Part shown: positions 38,031 through 48,343 of the stretch, in pieces | How positions within the stretch are numbered: the first letter of the stretch is position 1 | Layout: the number at the start of each line of letters is the position of its first letter | From: Candidatus Cryptoclostridium obscurum | GTDB taxonomy: Bacteria; Bacillota; Dehalobacteriia; UBA7702 | Reading direction: 5' to 3' | Assembly: GCA_904420535.1 (NCBI GenBank) | Contig: CAJFVQ010000009.1 | Span: 7,694-71,693 of the forward strand | DNA: 64,000 nt | Made by a program: the position numbers and the translations under genes | Notes under the pieces: generated by a model | Told to the model about the DNA's origin: nothing | The model's input: the letters and a program-made list of their open reading frames with translations, nothing else | Databases searched by the model: none

Positions 38031-39104
38031 ATGCGTCTCATTATTACCGGCGGCGGCACTGGCGGACATTTGTATCCGGCCCTTGCCATTGGTCGCGCGT
38101 TTCAAAAACGCAGTGCTGAAGTACATTATATTGGTTCCCGTTGTGGGATTGAAAAAGACATTATGAAAAACAGCGACTTCCCTACGGACCTTCTTCCTGT
38201 GGAAGCCATGCGCAATAAAAACCTTCTGACCTTGCCCAGGGGCGTTTATCATTTAATGCGTTCCCGTAGCCAGGCAAAGAGAATCGTAAAACAGTTTGCT
38301 CCCGACCTGATTATCGGTACTGGGGGCTATGCTTCATTTCCGGTATTGGATGCAGGGGTAAGCCTTGGCGTAAAAACTATGATTCATGAAGCCAATGCAG
38401 AAATGGGTAAAGCCAATGAGCGGCTGGCCGCCAAGGTGGATTGCCTGTGTCTTACTTACCAAAGCACGGCTCGTCAAGTGAAAAATACAAAAAACGTGAA
38501 AATTACAGGAATGCCCGTGCGGGAAAGTATTAAAACTTCCACCAGGGAACAAGGCGCAGATTATTTGGGAATCAACGATGATACCTTGTTGGTCACCATC
38601 ACTGGCGGCAGTCAGGGCTCTCACCATATCAACGAGGCTATGGCGGCTTATTATGAACATTATCATGGGACAGATAACATCTTATTCTATCATATTGTGG
38701 GGCGGCAAAATACTTCGGACGGGACCGCTGTGGAGCATATTCCCCATGTGCGAGTCAATACCTATGAAGAACGAATGGATCTCGTTTTGGCTCGCACGGA
38801 TATTTGTGTTGGCCGCGCCGGGGCATCTTTTTTGGCGGAAGTTGCTGTGAAGGGACTTCCCACTGTTTTGGTGCCCTATCCCTTTTCCAACGGGCATCAG
38901 GAAAAAAATGCCGCTTACTTCGATGGTATTGGTGCGGCAAACATGGTTTTAGACCGCGATCTGCCCGATGGTTTGATTCAGGCGTTGGATCGTTTGATTG
39001 AAAACGAAACTTATCGTAAGAATATGGGCAAAAAAATGCTGGGTGAGGCCAAAGCTGATGCTTTGGACAAGATCGTGGAAGCTGGTATAGCGTTGCTGAA
39101 ATAA
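38031..39104 (+). CDS. murG: Lipid II GlcNAc transferase
   Basis: GGGTGGH, GGY, HEAN, GGSQG, GRAGAS, HQEKNA. Confidence 0.96.
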   Translation: MRLIITGGGTGGHLYPALAIGRAFQKRSAEVHYIGSRCGIEKDIMKNSDFPTDLLPVEAMRNKNLLTLPRGVYHLMRSRSQAKRIVKQFAPDLIIGTGGYASFPVLDAGVSLGVKTMIHEANAEMGKANERLAAKVDCLCLTYQSTARQVKNTKNVKITGMPVRESIKTSTREQGADYLGINDDTLLVTITGGSQGSHHINEAMAAYYEHYHGTDNILFYHIVGRQNTSDGTAVEHIPHVRVNTYEERMDLVLARTDICVGRAGASFLAEVAVKGLPTVLVPYPFSNGHQEKNAAYFDGIGAANMVLDRDLPDGLIQALDRLIENETYRKNMGKKMLGEAKADALDKIVEAGIALLK

Positions 39105-39214
39105 TTGTTTTGGCCCAATTTAAGAAAATCTCAGACCATGGAAAGGGGCGTCTGCACCCTTTCCATGGTGCTGCATAGTATACATAAGGATGAAGATCCT
39201 TGGGGAGGAAAACA

Positions 39215-40591
39215 ATGACAAGTCAAAGGGAGTCTGTGCATTTTATTGCCATTGGCGGCATTGGTATGAGTGCCTTGGCAAAAATATTACTGTCAATGGG
39301 GTACCGCGTCAGCGGTTCCGATGAAAAAGAATCCGATCGCTTGCAGGAATTGCGCTCCTTGGGAGCAACCATTTATATTGGTCACGCTGCAGAGCATGTT
39401 CCCGCCGATTGCAAAGAAGTGATTTATTCCAGCGCCATTAATATGGAGGAAAATCCCGAATATCTTTGCGCTGTAGCGCGGAATATTCCCATTACACACC
39501 GGGGAAGTCTTTTGGCGCGCCTTGTCAATGCCGGGCAGGGGTTTGCCGTTGCCGGTGCCCATGGGAAAACGACTACATCGGGAATGTTGTCCCTCATCTT
39601 GTATGAAACAGGGAAGAACCCCAATATTGTTATTGGGGGGACTTTACCCCAAATCAAAAGCAATGCTCAGAAAGGCGATAGTGACATTTGGGCCATTGAA
39701 GCTGACGAAAGCGACGGTTCCTTCCTTGAACTTCATCCTTATCTCACCGTGGTCACCAATATTGAGGAAGAACATATGGAACATTATAAGACTCGTTCCA
39801 ATTTGGATCATGCCTTTGCGGAATTTTGCGATAAAAGCCAACATGTGATTCTTTGCCTCGATAGTAAAATGGTACGGGAAACTGCTCAGATGTTAGAAAA
39901 ACCTTATGCTACTTACGGTTTAGAGCATTTGGCCGTGGATTTGACTGCGCGGAACCTTCGATATAGCGGCCGCGGTTCCGACGCGGAAGTCTACTACCGC
40001 GGGGAAAAAGTTGCGGATCTTCATCTCAATATCCCTGGACGACATAATATTGTCAATGCTTTGGGAGCGATGTATGCTGCTTTTCTTGCAGGGATTGATT
40101 TTTCAGCTTCTGCCGAAGTACTGGAGCATTTTACTGGTATGGGGCGACGGTTTGAAGTGATTTATGAAGACGATAATATTATGGTGGTGGATGATTATGC
40201 ACACCATCCCACAGAGGTAAAAGCTACCATTGAGGCAGGGCGTAATTGTTGTCCCAAGCGTTTGGTAGCAGTGTTTCAGCCTCATCGTTACAGCCGGGTA
40301 TTGGATCATTATGTGGAGTTTGGTAATTCTTTTGGCGATGCCGATATCATCATCATCAGTGAAATCTATTCTGCTTGGGAGGAACCGATTCAAGGGGTGA
40401 CTTCCCAAAAAATCGTCGATGAACTTGAGAAAAAAGGTTTGCACCCTATTTATATGAAAAGTAACGACGTTTTATTGGAGTATCTTAAATCCAACGTGGA
40501 AAAAGGCGATCTTGTACTGATGATGGGCGCGGGGGATATTTGGAAAACCACGAAAAAATTTGGTAGTTACTTAAAAGGAGAAAAATCATGA
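39215..40591 (+). CDS. murC: UDP-MurNAc:L-Ala ligase
   Basis: IGGIGMSA, GAHGKTTT, EADESD, DDYAHHP, FQPHRYSR. Confidence 0.97.
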   Translation: MTSQRESVHFIAIGGIGMSALAKILLSMGYRVSGSDEKESDRLQELRSLGATIYIGHAAEHVPADCKEVIYSSAINMEENPEYLCAVARNIPITHRGSLLARLVNAGQGFAVAGAHGKTTTSGMLSLILYETGKNPNIVIGGTLPQIKSNAQKGDSDIWAIEADESDGSFLELHPYLTVVTNIEEEHMEHYKTRSNLDHAFAEFCDKSQHVILCLDSKMVRETAQMLEKPYATYGLEHLAVDLTARNLRYSGRGSDAEVYYRGEKVADLHLNIPGRHNIVNALGAMYAAFLAGIDFSASAEVLEHFTGMGRRFEVIYEDDNIMVVDDYAHHPTEVKATIEAGRNCCPKRLVAVFQPHRYSRVLDHYVEFGNSFGDADIIIISEIYSAWEEPIQGVTSQKIVDELEKKGLHPIYMKSNDVLLEYLKSNVEKGDLVLMMGAGDIWKTTKKFGSYLKGEKS

Positions 40592-41490
40592 ATTTCAGCG
40601 GTCTTGAGGCGAAGGTAAAGGGGACGCTGGTTTATGATGCTCCGATGTCCCGATATACCACTTGGCGGATTGGCGGCAATGCTGACTGTCTCTTCCTCCC
40701 CGAAGACGGTGAAGATATTGTTGCTGCCTTGTCTTTTGCCAAAGACCGGGATATCCCTTATATGGTCATGGGGAATGGCTCCAATATGCTGGTATTGGAT
40801 GGAGGTATTCGCGGCCTCGTCATTAAAATCGGCGAGTCCATGTCTTCTTATACATTACAGGAAAATTTGGTGCTGGCGGCTCAAAGCGGTTGTATTTTGG
40901 CGAAAATGGCCAGAGAAACTGCACGAATGGGATTAAAAGGTTTGGAATGGGCTGCGGGGATTCCCGCAAGTCTTGGCGGCGCTGCTGTTATGAATGCCGG
41001 CGCTTACGAACATTCTTTTTATGAAACGCTGCAAGCAGTTGAAATCATCAATGGGGATGGGAAACTTTCTACCATTACCGTGGATGATCTGGAATATGGC
41101 TACCGTAATACTTCGCTGATGCAGAGCGGCGTTGTAGTTACGAAGGTTTTTTTACAAATGGAAGAAGGTATTGCGGAAGAACTTACAGCATCAGTTGATA
41201 TGACATTAAAAAGCCGCCGCGACAAACAGCCTTTAGAATTACCTTCTGCCGGCAGCGTGTTTAAAAATCCTCCAGGGGACCATGCTGGTCGTTTGGTAGA
41301 GGCTTCCGGTCTTCGTGGTCTTATGTTGGGCGGCGCCCAAGTATCGGAAAAACACGGTAATTTTATCGTAAATATTGATCATGCAACAGCCCAGGATGTG
41401 CTGGCTTTGATTGATCAGGTCCAGCATATCGTCAATCAAAAATTTGGAATTATGTTAGAGCCTGAGGTACGCCTGGTCGGTGAAAAATAG
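40588..41490 (+). CDS. murB: UDP-N-acetylmuramate dehydrogenase
   Basis: GNGSN, GIPASLGGA..MNAGAY, PSAGSVFKNP, KHGNF, LEPEV. Confidence 0.96.
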   Translation: MNFSGLEAKVKGTLVYDAPMSRYTTWRIGGNADCLFLPEDGEDIVAALSFAKDRDIPYMVMGNGSNMLVLDGGIRGLVIKIGESMSSYTLQENLVLAAQSGCILAKMARETARMGLKGLEWAAGIPASLGGAAVMNAGAYEHSFYETLQAVEIINGDGKLSTITVDDLEYGYRNTSLMQSGVVVTKVFLQMEEGIAEELTASVDMTLKSRRDKQPLELPSAGSVFKNPPGDHAGRLVEASGLRGLMLGGAQVSEKHGNFIVNIDHATAQDVLALIDQVQHIVNQKFGIMLEPEVRLVGEK

Positions 41491-41518
41491 ACCCGGCGAT
41501 ATATTCGAGGAGGAAACC

Positions 41519-42772
41519 ATGGAAGTACTCAGAATCGCAGGTCAACAGCGGCTGGAAGGGGAAACTTCTCTTGGCGGTGCCAAAAATGCGGTGTTGCCTA
41601 TTATGGCCGCATGTCTCCTCATTGATGGCGAAATCATATTGCATAATGTCCCGGCGCTTACCGATGTTCTCGGTATGCGCCGGATTTTAGAATTATTCCA
41701 TTGCAGCGTGTCCACAGACAGTGACACGCTGGTAATTTCTACGAAAGGAATTTGTCCCGGAGAGCTTCCCGATGAGTTGATGAAATCTATGCGGGCGTCG
41801 AATCTTATTTGGGGACCTTGCCTCGGACGCTTTGGGAAATCAGATATTCCCTTGCCTGGGGGCTGTCCCATCGGTGTGCGTCCTATGGATATTCATATCA
41901 AAGGAATGAAAGCTCTCGGCGCTATGGTGGAAGAACATCATGGCCATATCATAAGCGATGGTCGGCATATGCGCGGGACGGAAATTTATCTTGATTTTCC
42001 CAGTGTCGGCGCAACAGAAAATCTCGTAATGGCCGCGGTGAAAACACCCGGGGTGACGGTTTTTCGCAACGTGGCCAAAGAACCTGAAGTCGTTGATTTA
42101 TGTTGTTTTTTGAAAGAGGCCGGGGCAAAGATCAACGGCATCGGCACTGATACTTTACGGGTGGAGGGGGTAAAGTCCTTACATTCTTTGGAGTATACAG
42201 TGATCCCTGATCGGATCGTCGCTGGTACGATTCTGTTGGCGGCTGCAATGACCCGCGGTGATGTTACGATTACCAATGTGATTCCGGAGCATTTGGAGGC
42301 ATTGTTGGCAAAAATGGCCGAAGCCGGGATTACGGTGGAACGGGAGCATTCCAGTCTGCGGGTTCATCATGTGGGTGCCATCGGCCCCGTCGATTTAAAA
42401 ACGTTGCCTTACCCTGGATTTCCCACAGATATCCAGCCACAGTTTATGACAGTTTTGTCTGTGGCTCAAGGGACATCGGTGATTTGTGAGAGTATTTTTG
42501 AAAATCGTTATCAGCATTGTGATGAATTACGCCGTATGGGGGCAGATATTAAAGTCGATGGACGTACCGCCATCATCCAAGGAAGCGATCATCTCGACGG
42601 AGCAATGGTTGACGCTACGGATTTGCGGGGCGGGGCGGCACTCCTTATGGCGGGGATGGCGGCTCATGGTGAGACACTACTGGGGAATATCTGCCATATT
42701 GATCGTGGTTATTGTCATATTGAGAAACTGTTTTGCCATTTGGGCGCGGATATTCGCCGTGTACTTGTATAA
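41519..42772 (+). CDS. murA: UDP-GlcNAc 1-carboxyvinyltransferase
   Basis: GAKNAVL, MRAS, LPGGCPIG.RP (catalytic Cys retained), PGFPTD.Q, DLRGG. Confidence 0.96.
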   Translation: MEVLRIAGQQRLEGETSLGGAKNAVLPIMAACLLIDGEIILHNVPALTDVLGMRRILELFHCSVSTDSDTLVISTKGICPGELPDELMKSMRASNLIWGPCLGRFGKSDIPLPGGCPIGVRPMDIHIKGMKALGAMVEEHHGHIISDGRHMRGTEIYLDFPSVGATENLVMAAVKTPGVTVFRNVAKEPEVVDLCCFLKEAGAKINGIGTDTLRVEGVKSLHSLEYTVIPDRIVAGTILLAAAMTRGDVTITNVIPEHLEALLAKMAEAGITVEREHSSLRVHHVGAIGPVDLKTLPYPGFPTDIQPQFMTVLSVAQGTSVICESIFENRYQHCDELRRMGADIKVDGRTAIIQGSDHLDGAMVDATDLRGGAALLMAGMAAHGETLLGNICHIDRGYCHIEKLFCHLGADIRRVLV

Positions 42773-42784
42773 GGGAAACATCCA

Positions 42785-42815
42785 AAAAGAGGAAAGGTTT
42801 AACCTTTCCTCTTTT
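42785..42815. terminator. Terminator ending the dcw cluster
   Basis: AAAAGAGGAAAGGTT-T-AACCTTTCCTCTTTT. Confidence 0.8.
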
Positions 42816-43295
42816 ATAATATATGAATTGCTTTGTCATTTTAAAATCAGTGGTTCCGAAAAAATTATGGACATGTTATGGCAATGTCTGTTTGATTCAA
42901 ATTAACTTTTAAGCGGTCTTTTGGGCGAAAAAATAACTCCCTGGGGTAAGGGAGCATGGGGAAAGAATAAAATTGTTGGGGACTGGGGGAGTCGCCGAAA
43001 GGAGAAGGTGAGACGATCGGCGCTCCGCAATCTGATTCAGAGTTTGGTGATTATTCATGTCAAGACAACATTTCTCATAGATCGGGGTAATGCAAAATCG
43101 TATCCTTTGAAATAAGAAATACCGCCTTTTCATGTTAGAATTATCATAAATCAATCAGTTCAAAATTGACAGCAATCTTACGTAAAATTCATGCAAAATA
43201 TTGATTGAGAGATGTCAAATGATGGCCATGATGGAATAAGTAGAAACCATGGAAAAGTGAATCGTTCTTCTTCTAGATTTCAGTCAGATAATGTA

Positions 43296-44087
43296 TCAAA
43301 GAGGGAGATCTTTCCTTTGGAACCATAAAATCCCCATCAAATATAGGGCAATAGATATGATAATCATGCTTACAAAGTCTTGGAGGTAACCGCTTCCTTC
43401 CAAAATTTTTTCCGTATCGAAAAGGGTATTTAAGGTGAAATATTTCAGAAATTCCAGATCTTCGGAGATCTTAATCAACAAACTGATCACAAAAAACAGT
43501 AACGGGATCCCAGCACCAAAGGTCAAAGAGTTTTTTGAAGTATTGAATATGCAAGAGGAACAAAAACAAATGCTGCTGATTGCCCAATGATACAGAAAAA
43601 CTCCTAAATTCATCATCAAAAAAGTATTAATATCCAATGCCTCGGGCTGAAAATGGTTGGCCGACAAGATTCCTACGGCGGTGGCGAGTCCCCACATCAC
43701 AATGAGAGATAGTACCAAATAAAGTGCACTCGTTACTGTGATCTGGGACCGCGTTGTAGGCGTTGATAAAAATCCCGCCATACTTCCCTTGTCGACCCGT
43801 TCTGCAATCAAACGGTTTCCCAACATAATGGAATAAGCCATGGGAAAAATAATCGCCATCAATGCATAAAAGGAATTTGCCATAAATCCGATTAAAGTTC
43901 CGTTGCCGGTAAGGATGTTTGCGGCAATGGTTCCTTCTGTGGCAGACTGTAACTGATCCACAGTCGCCGGTGTGAAAACATTGGTCATGATCACGAGGAA
44001 AATACATAAAACCAAAGTAAAAGCAATTAAGAATTTCGCATTAGAAATTGCGATTTGTTTGAAATATGGAAAACTAAACATCTTCAT
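43296..44087 (-). CDS. ABC-2 type exporter permease
   Basis: About six TM segments; LIAERVDKGSMAGFLSTP..R, LKYFTLNTLF. Confidence 0.85.
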   Translation of the reverse strand: MKMFSFPYFKQIAISNAKFLIAFTLVLCIFLVIMTNVFTPATVDQLQSATEGTIAANILTGNGTLIGFMANSFYALMAIIFPMAYSIMLGNRLIAERVDKGSMAGFLSTPTTRSQITVTSALYLVLSLIVMWGLATAVGILSANHFQPEALDINTFLMMNLGVFLYHWAISSICFCSSCIFNTSKNSLTFGAGIPLLFFVISLLIKISEDLEFLKYFTLNTLFDTEKILEGSGYLQDFVSMIIISIALYLMGILWFQRKDLPL

Positions 44088-44967
44088 TCCCTCCGTAAAA
44101 CTGCATAAAGTATTCTTCCAGCGAGTGCCTTTCTTCTTTCAAAGAATATAATTTGTATTTTGCCAGCTGGGCAATGAAATGATTGATTTCGGCATCCTTA
44201 ATTGAAATTACCATTTGATTCTCTTTTTTGAACGCCCCATGAGGAAATGATTTTTTGATCATGGGTAGATTTGAGGAATCCGCAAATGTAACGATGTATG
44301 TTTTTAATTGTGAGTGGCGTAATTCGTCAATGGTGACTTCTCTGAGTAGTTTCCCATGTCGAATCATACCCACTCTGTCACAAGTTTTTTCGACTTCTTC
44401 AAAAATATGAGAAGATAAAAGTATGGTCTTCCCTTTGTTTTTTTCTGTTTCTACCAGTTCTACAAAGCGGTTTTGCATCAGAGGATCCAGGCCGCTGGTA
44501 GGTTCGTCCAATAGTAAAATATCGGGATCATGCATAAAAGCGGAGACAATTCCCAGTTTTTGCTTCATTCCCTTTGACATTCGTTTGATTCCCGTATCGG
44601 GATCCAAATGGAACTGGTGTAAAAGTTCTTCAGTATAACGGAAATCCTTCATATTGCGCATTTTAGCGATCAATTTCAAATATCCAATTCCCGTCATCTC
44701 ATCGGGAAAAGAAATTTCTCCGGGGAGATACCCTAAGTTCCTCTGAATTATTTTTTGTTTGTGCCAGCAATCCATTCCTCCAATGGAAACAGTGCCTGAT
44801 TGCGCTTTGATAAACCCCATCAGAAGTCGCATAGTGGTGGATTTGCCTGCACCGTTGGCTCCCAAATAACCATAAATCTCTCCTTCTTTGATCGAGAGAG
44901 ATACGTCGAAGATTCCTTTTCCGTTTCCGTAATCTTTGGTAAGCTGCTGAGCCTCAATGATATTCAA
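44074..44967 (-). CDS. ABC exporter ATP-binding protein
   Basis: TTG after AAGGAAGG; GANGAGKST, MSKGMKQK, LLDEPTSGLD, SSH. Confidence 0.9.
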   Translation of the reverse strand: MNIIEAQQLTKDYGNGKGIFDVSLSIKEGEIYGYLGANGAGKSTTMRLLMGFIKAQSGTVSIGGMDCWHKQKIIQRNLGYLPGEISFPDEMTGIGYLKLIAKMRNMKDFRYTEELLHQFHLDPDTGIKRMSKGMKQKLGIVSAFMHDPDILLLDEPTSGLDPLMQNRFVELVETEKNKGKTILLSSHIFEEVEKTCDRVGMIRHGKLLREVTIDELRHSQLKTYIVTFADSSNLPMIKKSFPHGAFKKENQMVISIKDAEINHFIAQLAKYKLYSLKEERHSLEEYFMQFYGGNEDV

Positions 44968-45117
44968 AAAATCACCTTCCTTGTTTCCTATTGGAGATGG
45001 TTCCATCGGTTCCTACTTTAAGAAAAGTATATTTTTTTACCCATGGGAATTCAATCAACAATCCTATGCAAATTGTCGGTATTTATGTTACTATTATGGA
45101 ATAAAGGGGGCCTCAGT

Positions 45118-45702
45118 ATGAGAAAACACGACACAAATGCAGATTTTATTGCTGCTTTCTGGAAATTATATGAAAAAAAGAGAATTGAAAAGATCTCAAT
45201 TCGTGAAATTTGCCAGTTGGCAGGGTATAACCGCACCACTTTTTATGCGCATTATCAGAATATTTATGATTTGTTGGGAAAGGCTGCTTTGAATATTGTG
45301 AAACCGATAAAGGAAGCCATGAATCGCGCAGCGGATTTCAGCATCATTTTTGACAGCCATCTTCTGGAGAAACTCTTTTTGAAGATTTTTCAACAGGAGG
45401 ATCGATACATTGAGCTACTGTTTCGAAATCAACATGATTATATTTTAGCAGAGAAGATCAAAACGGAACTGATTTCCTTAATGAAAGAAAAATGTGTTGC
45501 ATCAAATATTGACTTTCAAAATCTGCAATATCTTCTGGAATACCAGATTTCTGCTGTTTTGGGGATTATACGTTATTGGTTCCAAACTGATAAAAAATTA
45601 GCGGAACATGAATTGATTGAGATGATTTATCATATTTCTACCCAAGGTGTTTTAACCGTCGTAAGAAAAAAAATTGCTGAAAGTGCCGCTGCTAAACCAT
45701 AA
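45118..45702 (+). CDS. TetR/AcrR-family regulator, divergent from the ABC genes
   Basis: ISIREICQLAGYNRTTFYAHY helix-turn-helix. Confidence 0.9.
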   Translation: MRKHDTNADFIAAFWKLYEKKRIEKISIREICQLAGYNRTTFYAHYQNIYDLLGKAALNIVKPIKEAMNRAADFSIIFDSHLLEKLFLKIFQQEDRYIELLFRNQHDYILAEKIKTELISLMKEKCVASNIDFQNLQYLLEYQISAVLGIIRYWFQTDKKLAEHELIEMIYHISTQGVLTVVRKKIAESAAAKP

Positions 45703-45731
45703 AAAGCCCGACATTTTGTCGGGCTTTTTTT
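45701..45731. terminator. Bidirectional terminator
   Basis: AAAAAGCCCGAC...GTCGGGCTTTTT. Confidence 0.8.
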
Positions 45732-45824
45732 ATGGTTACGGAATTCGCTATCATGACAAATGGAAGCAATTCGACATATTACAGGGTTTTGGTGGTGTAG
45801 AATGAGGTATAGTTTGTTGTACTG

Positions 45825-46304
45825 TCAAACGTATTCATTGATCCTCCGGATTTCTTCTTCCGTTAAATAGCGTTTGGGGACAATAATAAATTGGGAAGCA
45901 TCAGGATAGATATAAAAGCATTTTCCCGTACGGCCAATATAATAGAGTTTTTCCCAGGTAAAAGAAATCATTTTATTATCCCGTCCCGCCGAGGTGGTAA
46001 TGCCTTTTTCCGTGAAAATCAGCTTTCTTGGTTGAGAATTTCCACCTTTACTGGACATAAATATGGTACCGATAAATCCTGCCAATAGAACCAAAAAACC
46101 TCCGGCGATCCAGCAGAGAAGTGTCGGCACGTTAAAAATGCCAGCTAATTTTGTGATGAGAACACCAACAGAAAATGCAACAAATACGATGAGATACCCT
46201 AAAATCCATTTTTTACGAAAGAAAAGATTATAAAACATCGCGTTTCTGCGGTCTTGCTCTGTTAATTCCGTTGTGATTTCAATGGTTTGGTTTTCTTGTG
46301 CCAT
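45825..46304 (-). CDS. YcxB-family membrane protein
   Basis: Two TMs, then F.EKGI...W.K...FYIY...IIVPKR. Confidence 0.78.
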   Translation of the reverse strand: MAQENQTIEITTELTEQDRRNAMFYNLFFRKKWILGYLIVFVAFSVGVLITKLAGIFNVPTLLCWIAGGFLVLLAGFIGTIFMSSKGGNSQPRKLIFTEKGITTSAGRDNKMISFTWEKLYYIGRTGKCFYIYPDASQFIIVPKRYLTEEEIRRINEYV

Positions 46305-46317
46305 GGGATCCTTCCTT

Positions 46318-46599
46318 TTATTTTTGGTTATCTCTATGGTTTTCGTTTAATATTTTGCGGAATGCGTTTAACTGATACATAAATTCTTCCAGCCGCCTCT
46401 GCTCTCGTTCTGCCTTTCCCTCCGCTGTAATGAGGTCCTGCCGGCGCAAATAGCGGATTGTTTTTAAACAGCTGTTATCCAAAGCCAAACGGATGATCTC
46501 TTCGTCGCAAAGGGATGGATTATCCTTTAAAATGGCTAAGCTGCGATGGTCCTCCTTATTTCGCAAAGCATCGATAAGCTGAAATTTTTTGGTTTCCAT
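46318..46599 (-). CDS. Hypothetical protein, possibly ankyrin-like
   Basis: ATG immediately after the purF stop with an AGAGGA RBS; IIRLALDNSCLKTIRYL helix pair. Confidence 0.55.
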   Translation of the reverse strand: METKKFQLIDALRNKEDHRSLAILKDNPSLCDEEIIRLALDNSCLKTIRYLRRQDLITAEGKAEREQRRLEEFMYQLNAFRKILNENHRDNQK

Positions 46600-46601
46600 G
46601 G

Positions 46602-47993
46602 TCAGTCCTCTTTGACAGTGACCGGTGTGGGATAATCTCCGGAGAAACAGGCGTCGCAATAAGTTTGGAAACGACAATCCGGCAGGATACGGACGAGGTC
46701 TTCAATTTTGAAAAATCCCAAAGAATCCGCGTCGAGGAGCTGGCGAATTTCCTCAATTGTGTGGTTACAAGCGGTTAGTTGCTTTTTCTCTGGTAAATCA
46801 ATCCCATAAAAGCAGGGCCATACAAACGTTGGCGCACTGATACGCATATGAACTTCTTTGGCGCCGGCTTTTTTCAACATTTTAATGATGCTGGCGCTGG
46901 TTGTTCCTCGTACCATACTGTCATCGACCAGAACCACGCGTTTCCCGTCGACGGTATGCTTCAAAGCGTTGAGCTTAATGCGAACAGCCTCTTCCCGTTG
47001 TACCTGTACTGGTTGAATAAAGGTTCGGCCAATATAGCGGTTTTTGATCAGGCCTACACCGTAAGGGATTCCGGATTCTTGGCTATAGCCAATGGCTGCG
47101 TCAATACCGCTGTCTGGTACGGCAATAACGACATCGGCATCAACGGGATAACGTTGGGCCAGGATACGTCCGGCCATCTGGCGGGAGAGGTAAATGCTTT
47201 GTCCGTCCATAATGCTATCTGGACGGGCAAAATAAATATATTCAAAAATACAAGGACGGGGGGCGCGTTTTTCTTCTTTTTTGGGGAAAGAGCGCAAACC
47301 ATCTTTATCAATGACTACCAGTTCGCCAGGATCAATATCCCGCACAAAAGTGCCGCCAATGGCGTCAATGGCGCAACTTTCCGAAGCTAGAATATAGGAC
47401 TTCCCTTTCATGCCGAGACATAGAGGCTTGATCCCCAAGGGATCCCGCATGCCCACCAGTTTTGTGGGACACATCACCAAAAGGGCAAAGGAACCGTTGA
47501 CTTGTTCCGTTGCGCGACGCACAGAGTCCTCCAAATGGGGATAATGGACGCCTTCTTTGGCGATGAGATACGCCATGATTTCGGAATCAATAGCGGTGTG
47601 GAAGATCGCTCCCTGTTCTTTCATGAGTTTTTGTTTTAATTCCACAGAATCTACCAGATTGCCGTTGTGGGCGATACTCAAAGTTCCGCTGACTGATTGC
47701 ATGACCAGGGGTTGTGCATTGGCTTTTTCACTGTTGCCCGTTGTAGAATAACGGCAATGGCCAATGCCGATATTACCCTGCATGGAGTCGATCATATCGC
47801 TACTGAATACTTCATTCACAAGCCCCATATCTTTGTGATGTTTTACCACACCTTTATTGCTCACAGCCATGCCGCAGCTTTCTTGACCGCGGTGTTGGAG
47901 AGCAAAAAGTCCGTAATATAAATCTTTCGGCAGATTCCAGTTATCATTATTATAAATGCCGATGACACCACAGGCTTCCTTAATATCTGACAT
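46602..47993 (-). CDS. purF: Amidophosphoribosyltransferase
   Basis: Propeptide then CGVIG, LQHRGQES, HNGN, PCIFEYIYFARPDS, DDSMVRGTT, Fe-S Cys in PCFYG and CDAC. Confidence 0.97.
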   Translation of the reverse strand: MSDIKEACGVIGIYNNDNWNLPKDLYYGLFALQHRGQESCGMAVSNKGVVKHHKDMGLVNEVFSSDMIDSMQGNIGIGHCRYSTTGNSEKANAQPLVMQSVSGTLSIAHNGNLVDSVELKQKLMKEQGAIFHTAIDSEIMAYLIAKEGVHYPHLEDSVRRATEQVNGSFALLVMCPTKLVGMRDPLGIKPLCLGMKGKSYILASESCAIDAIGGTFVRDIDPGELVVIDKDGLRSFPKKEEKRAPRPCIFEYIYFARPDSIMDGQSIYLSRQMAGRILAQRYPVDADVVIAVPDSGIDAAIGYSQESGIPYGVGLIKNRYIGRTFIQPVQVQREEAVRIKLNALKHTVDGKRVVLVDDSMVRGTTSASIIKMLKKAGAKEVHMRISAPTFVWPCFYGIDLPEKKQLTACNHTIEEIRQLLDADSLGFFKIEDLVRILPDCRFQTYCDACFSGDYPTPVTVKED

Positions 47994-48343
47994 TTGTCCC
48001 TCCTGAGTGGAAATTCCTGATATCCTTTTCAAATTTCATCTGATTTTATAAAATAAAAAATCATAATAAATTGTACGCCATTTCGCCGGTTTTTTCAAGG
48101 TTTTTCTCGTCCTGCAACTGTATTTTTCTAATTCTGTCTAAAGATGGAAAAATGCAAGTTCACTTGTGCTTTTGGCTGAACAGCGAGTTTTGGAAACGGA
48201 TAGGAATTTGTCAGTGGTAGGTGCCATCTTCTCTCTGAAAATGTTTGAGAATATTTGGCGAAAAAATATGCGTTTGTAGTTAAGTGGGGAAATGGTAGGG
48301 CGGCAGTTCCCTAAAGTGAGGGAACTACCGCCTGTTTTTTTAA

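Noticed and set aside
42901..43115. G-rich hairpins (GGAGTCGCCGA...TCGGCGCTCC) and a 64-aa ORF after murA; superficial glycine-riboswitch likeness
   Set aside because: Lacks the CUCUCAGG core, has no downstream gene on that strand, and the ORF has no RBS or motif
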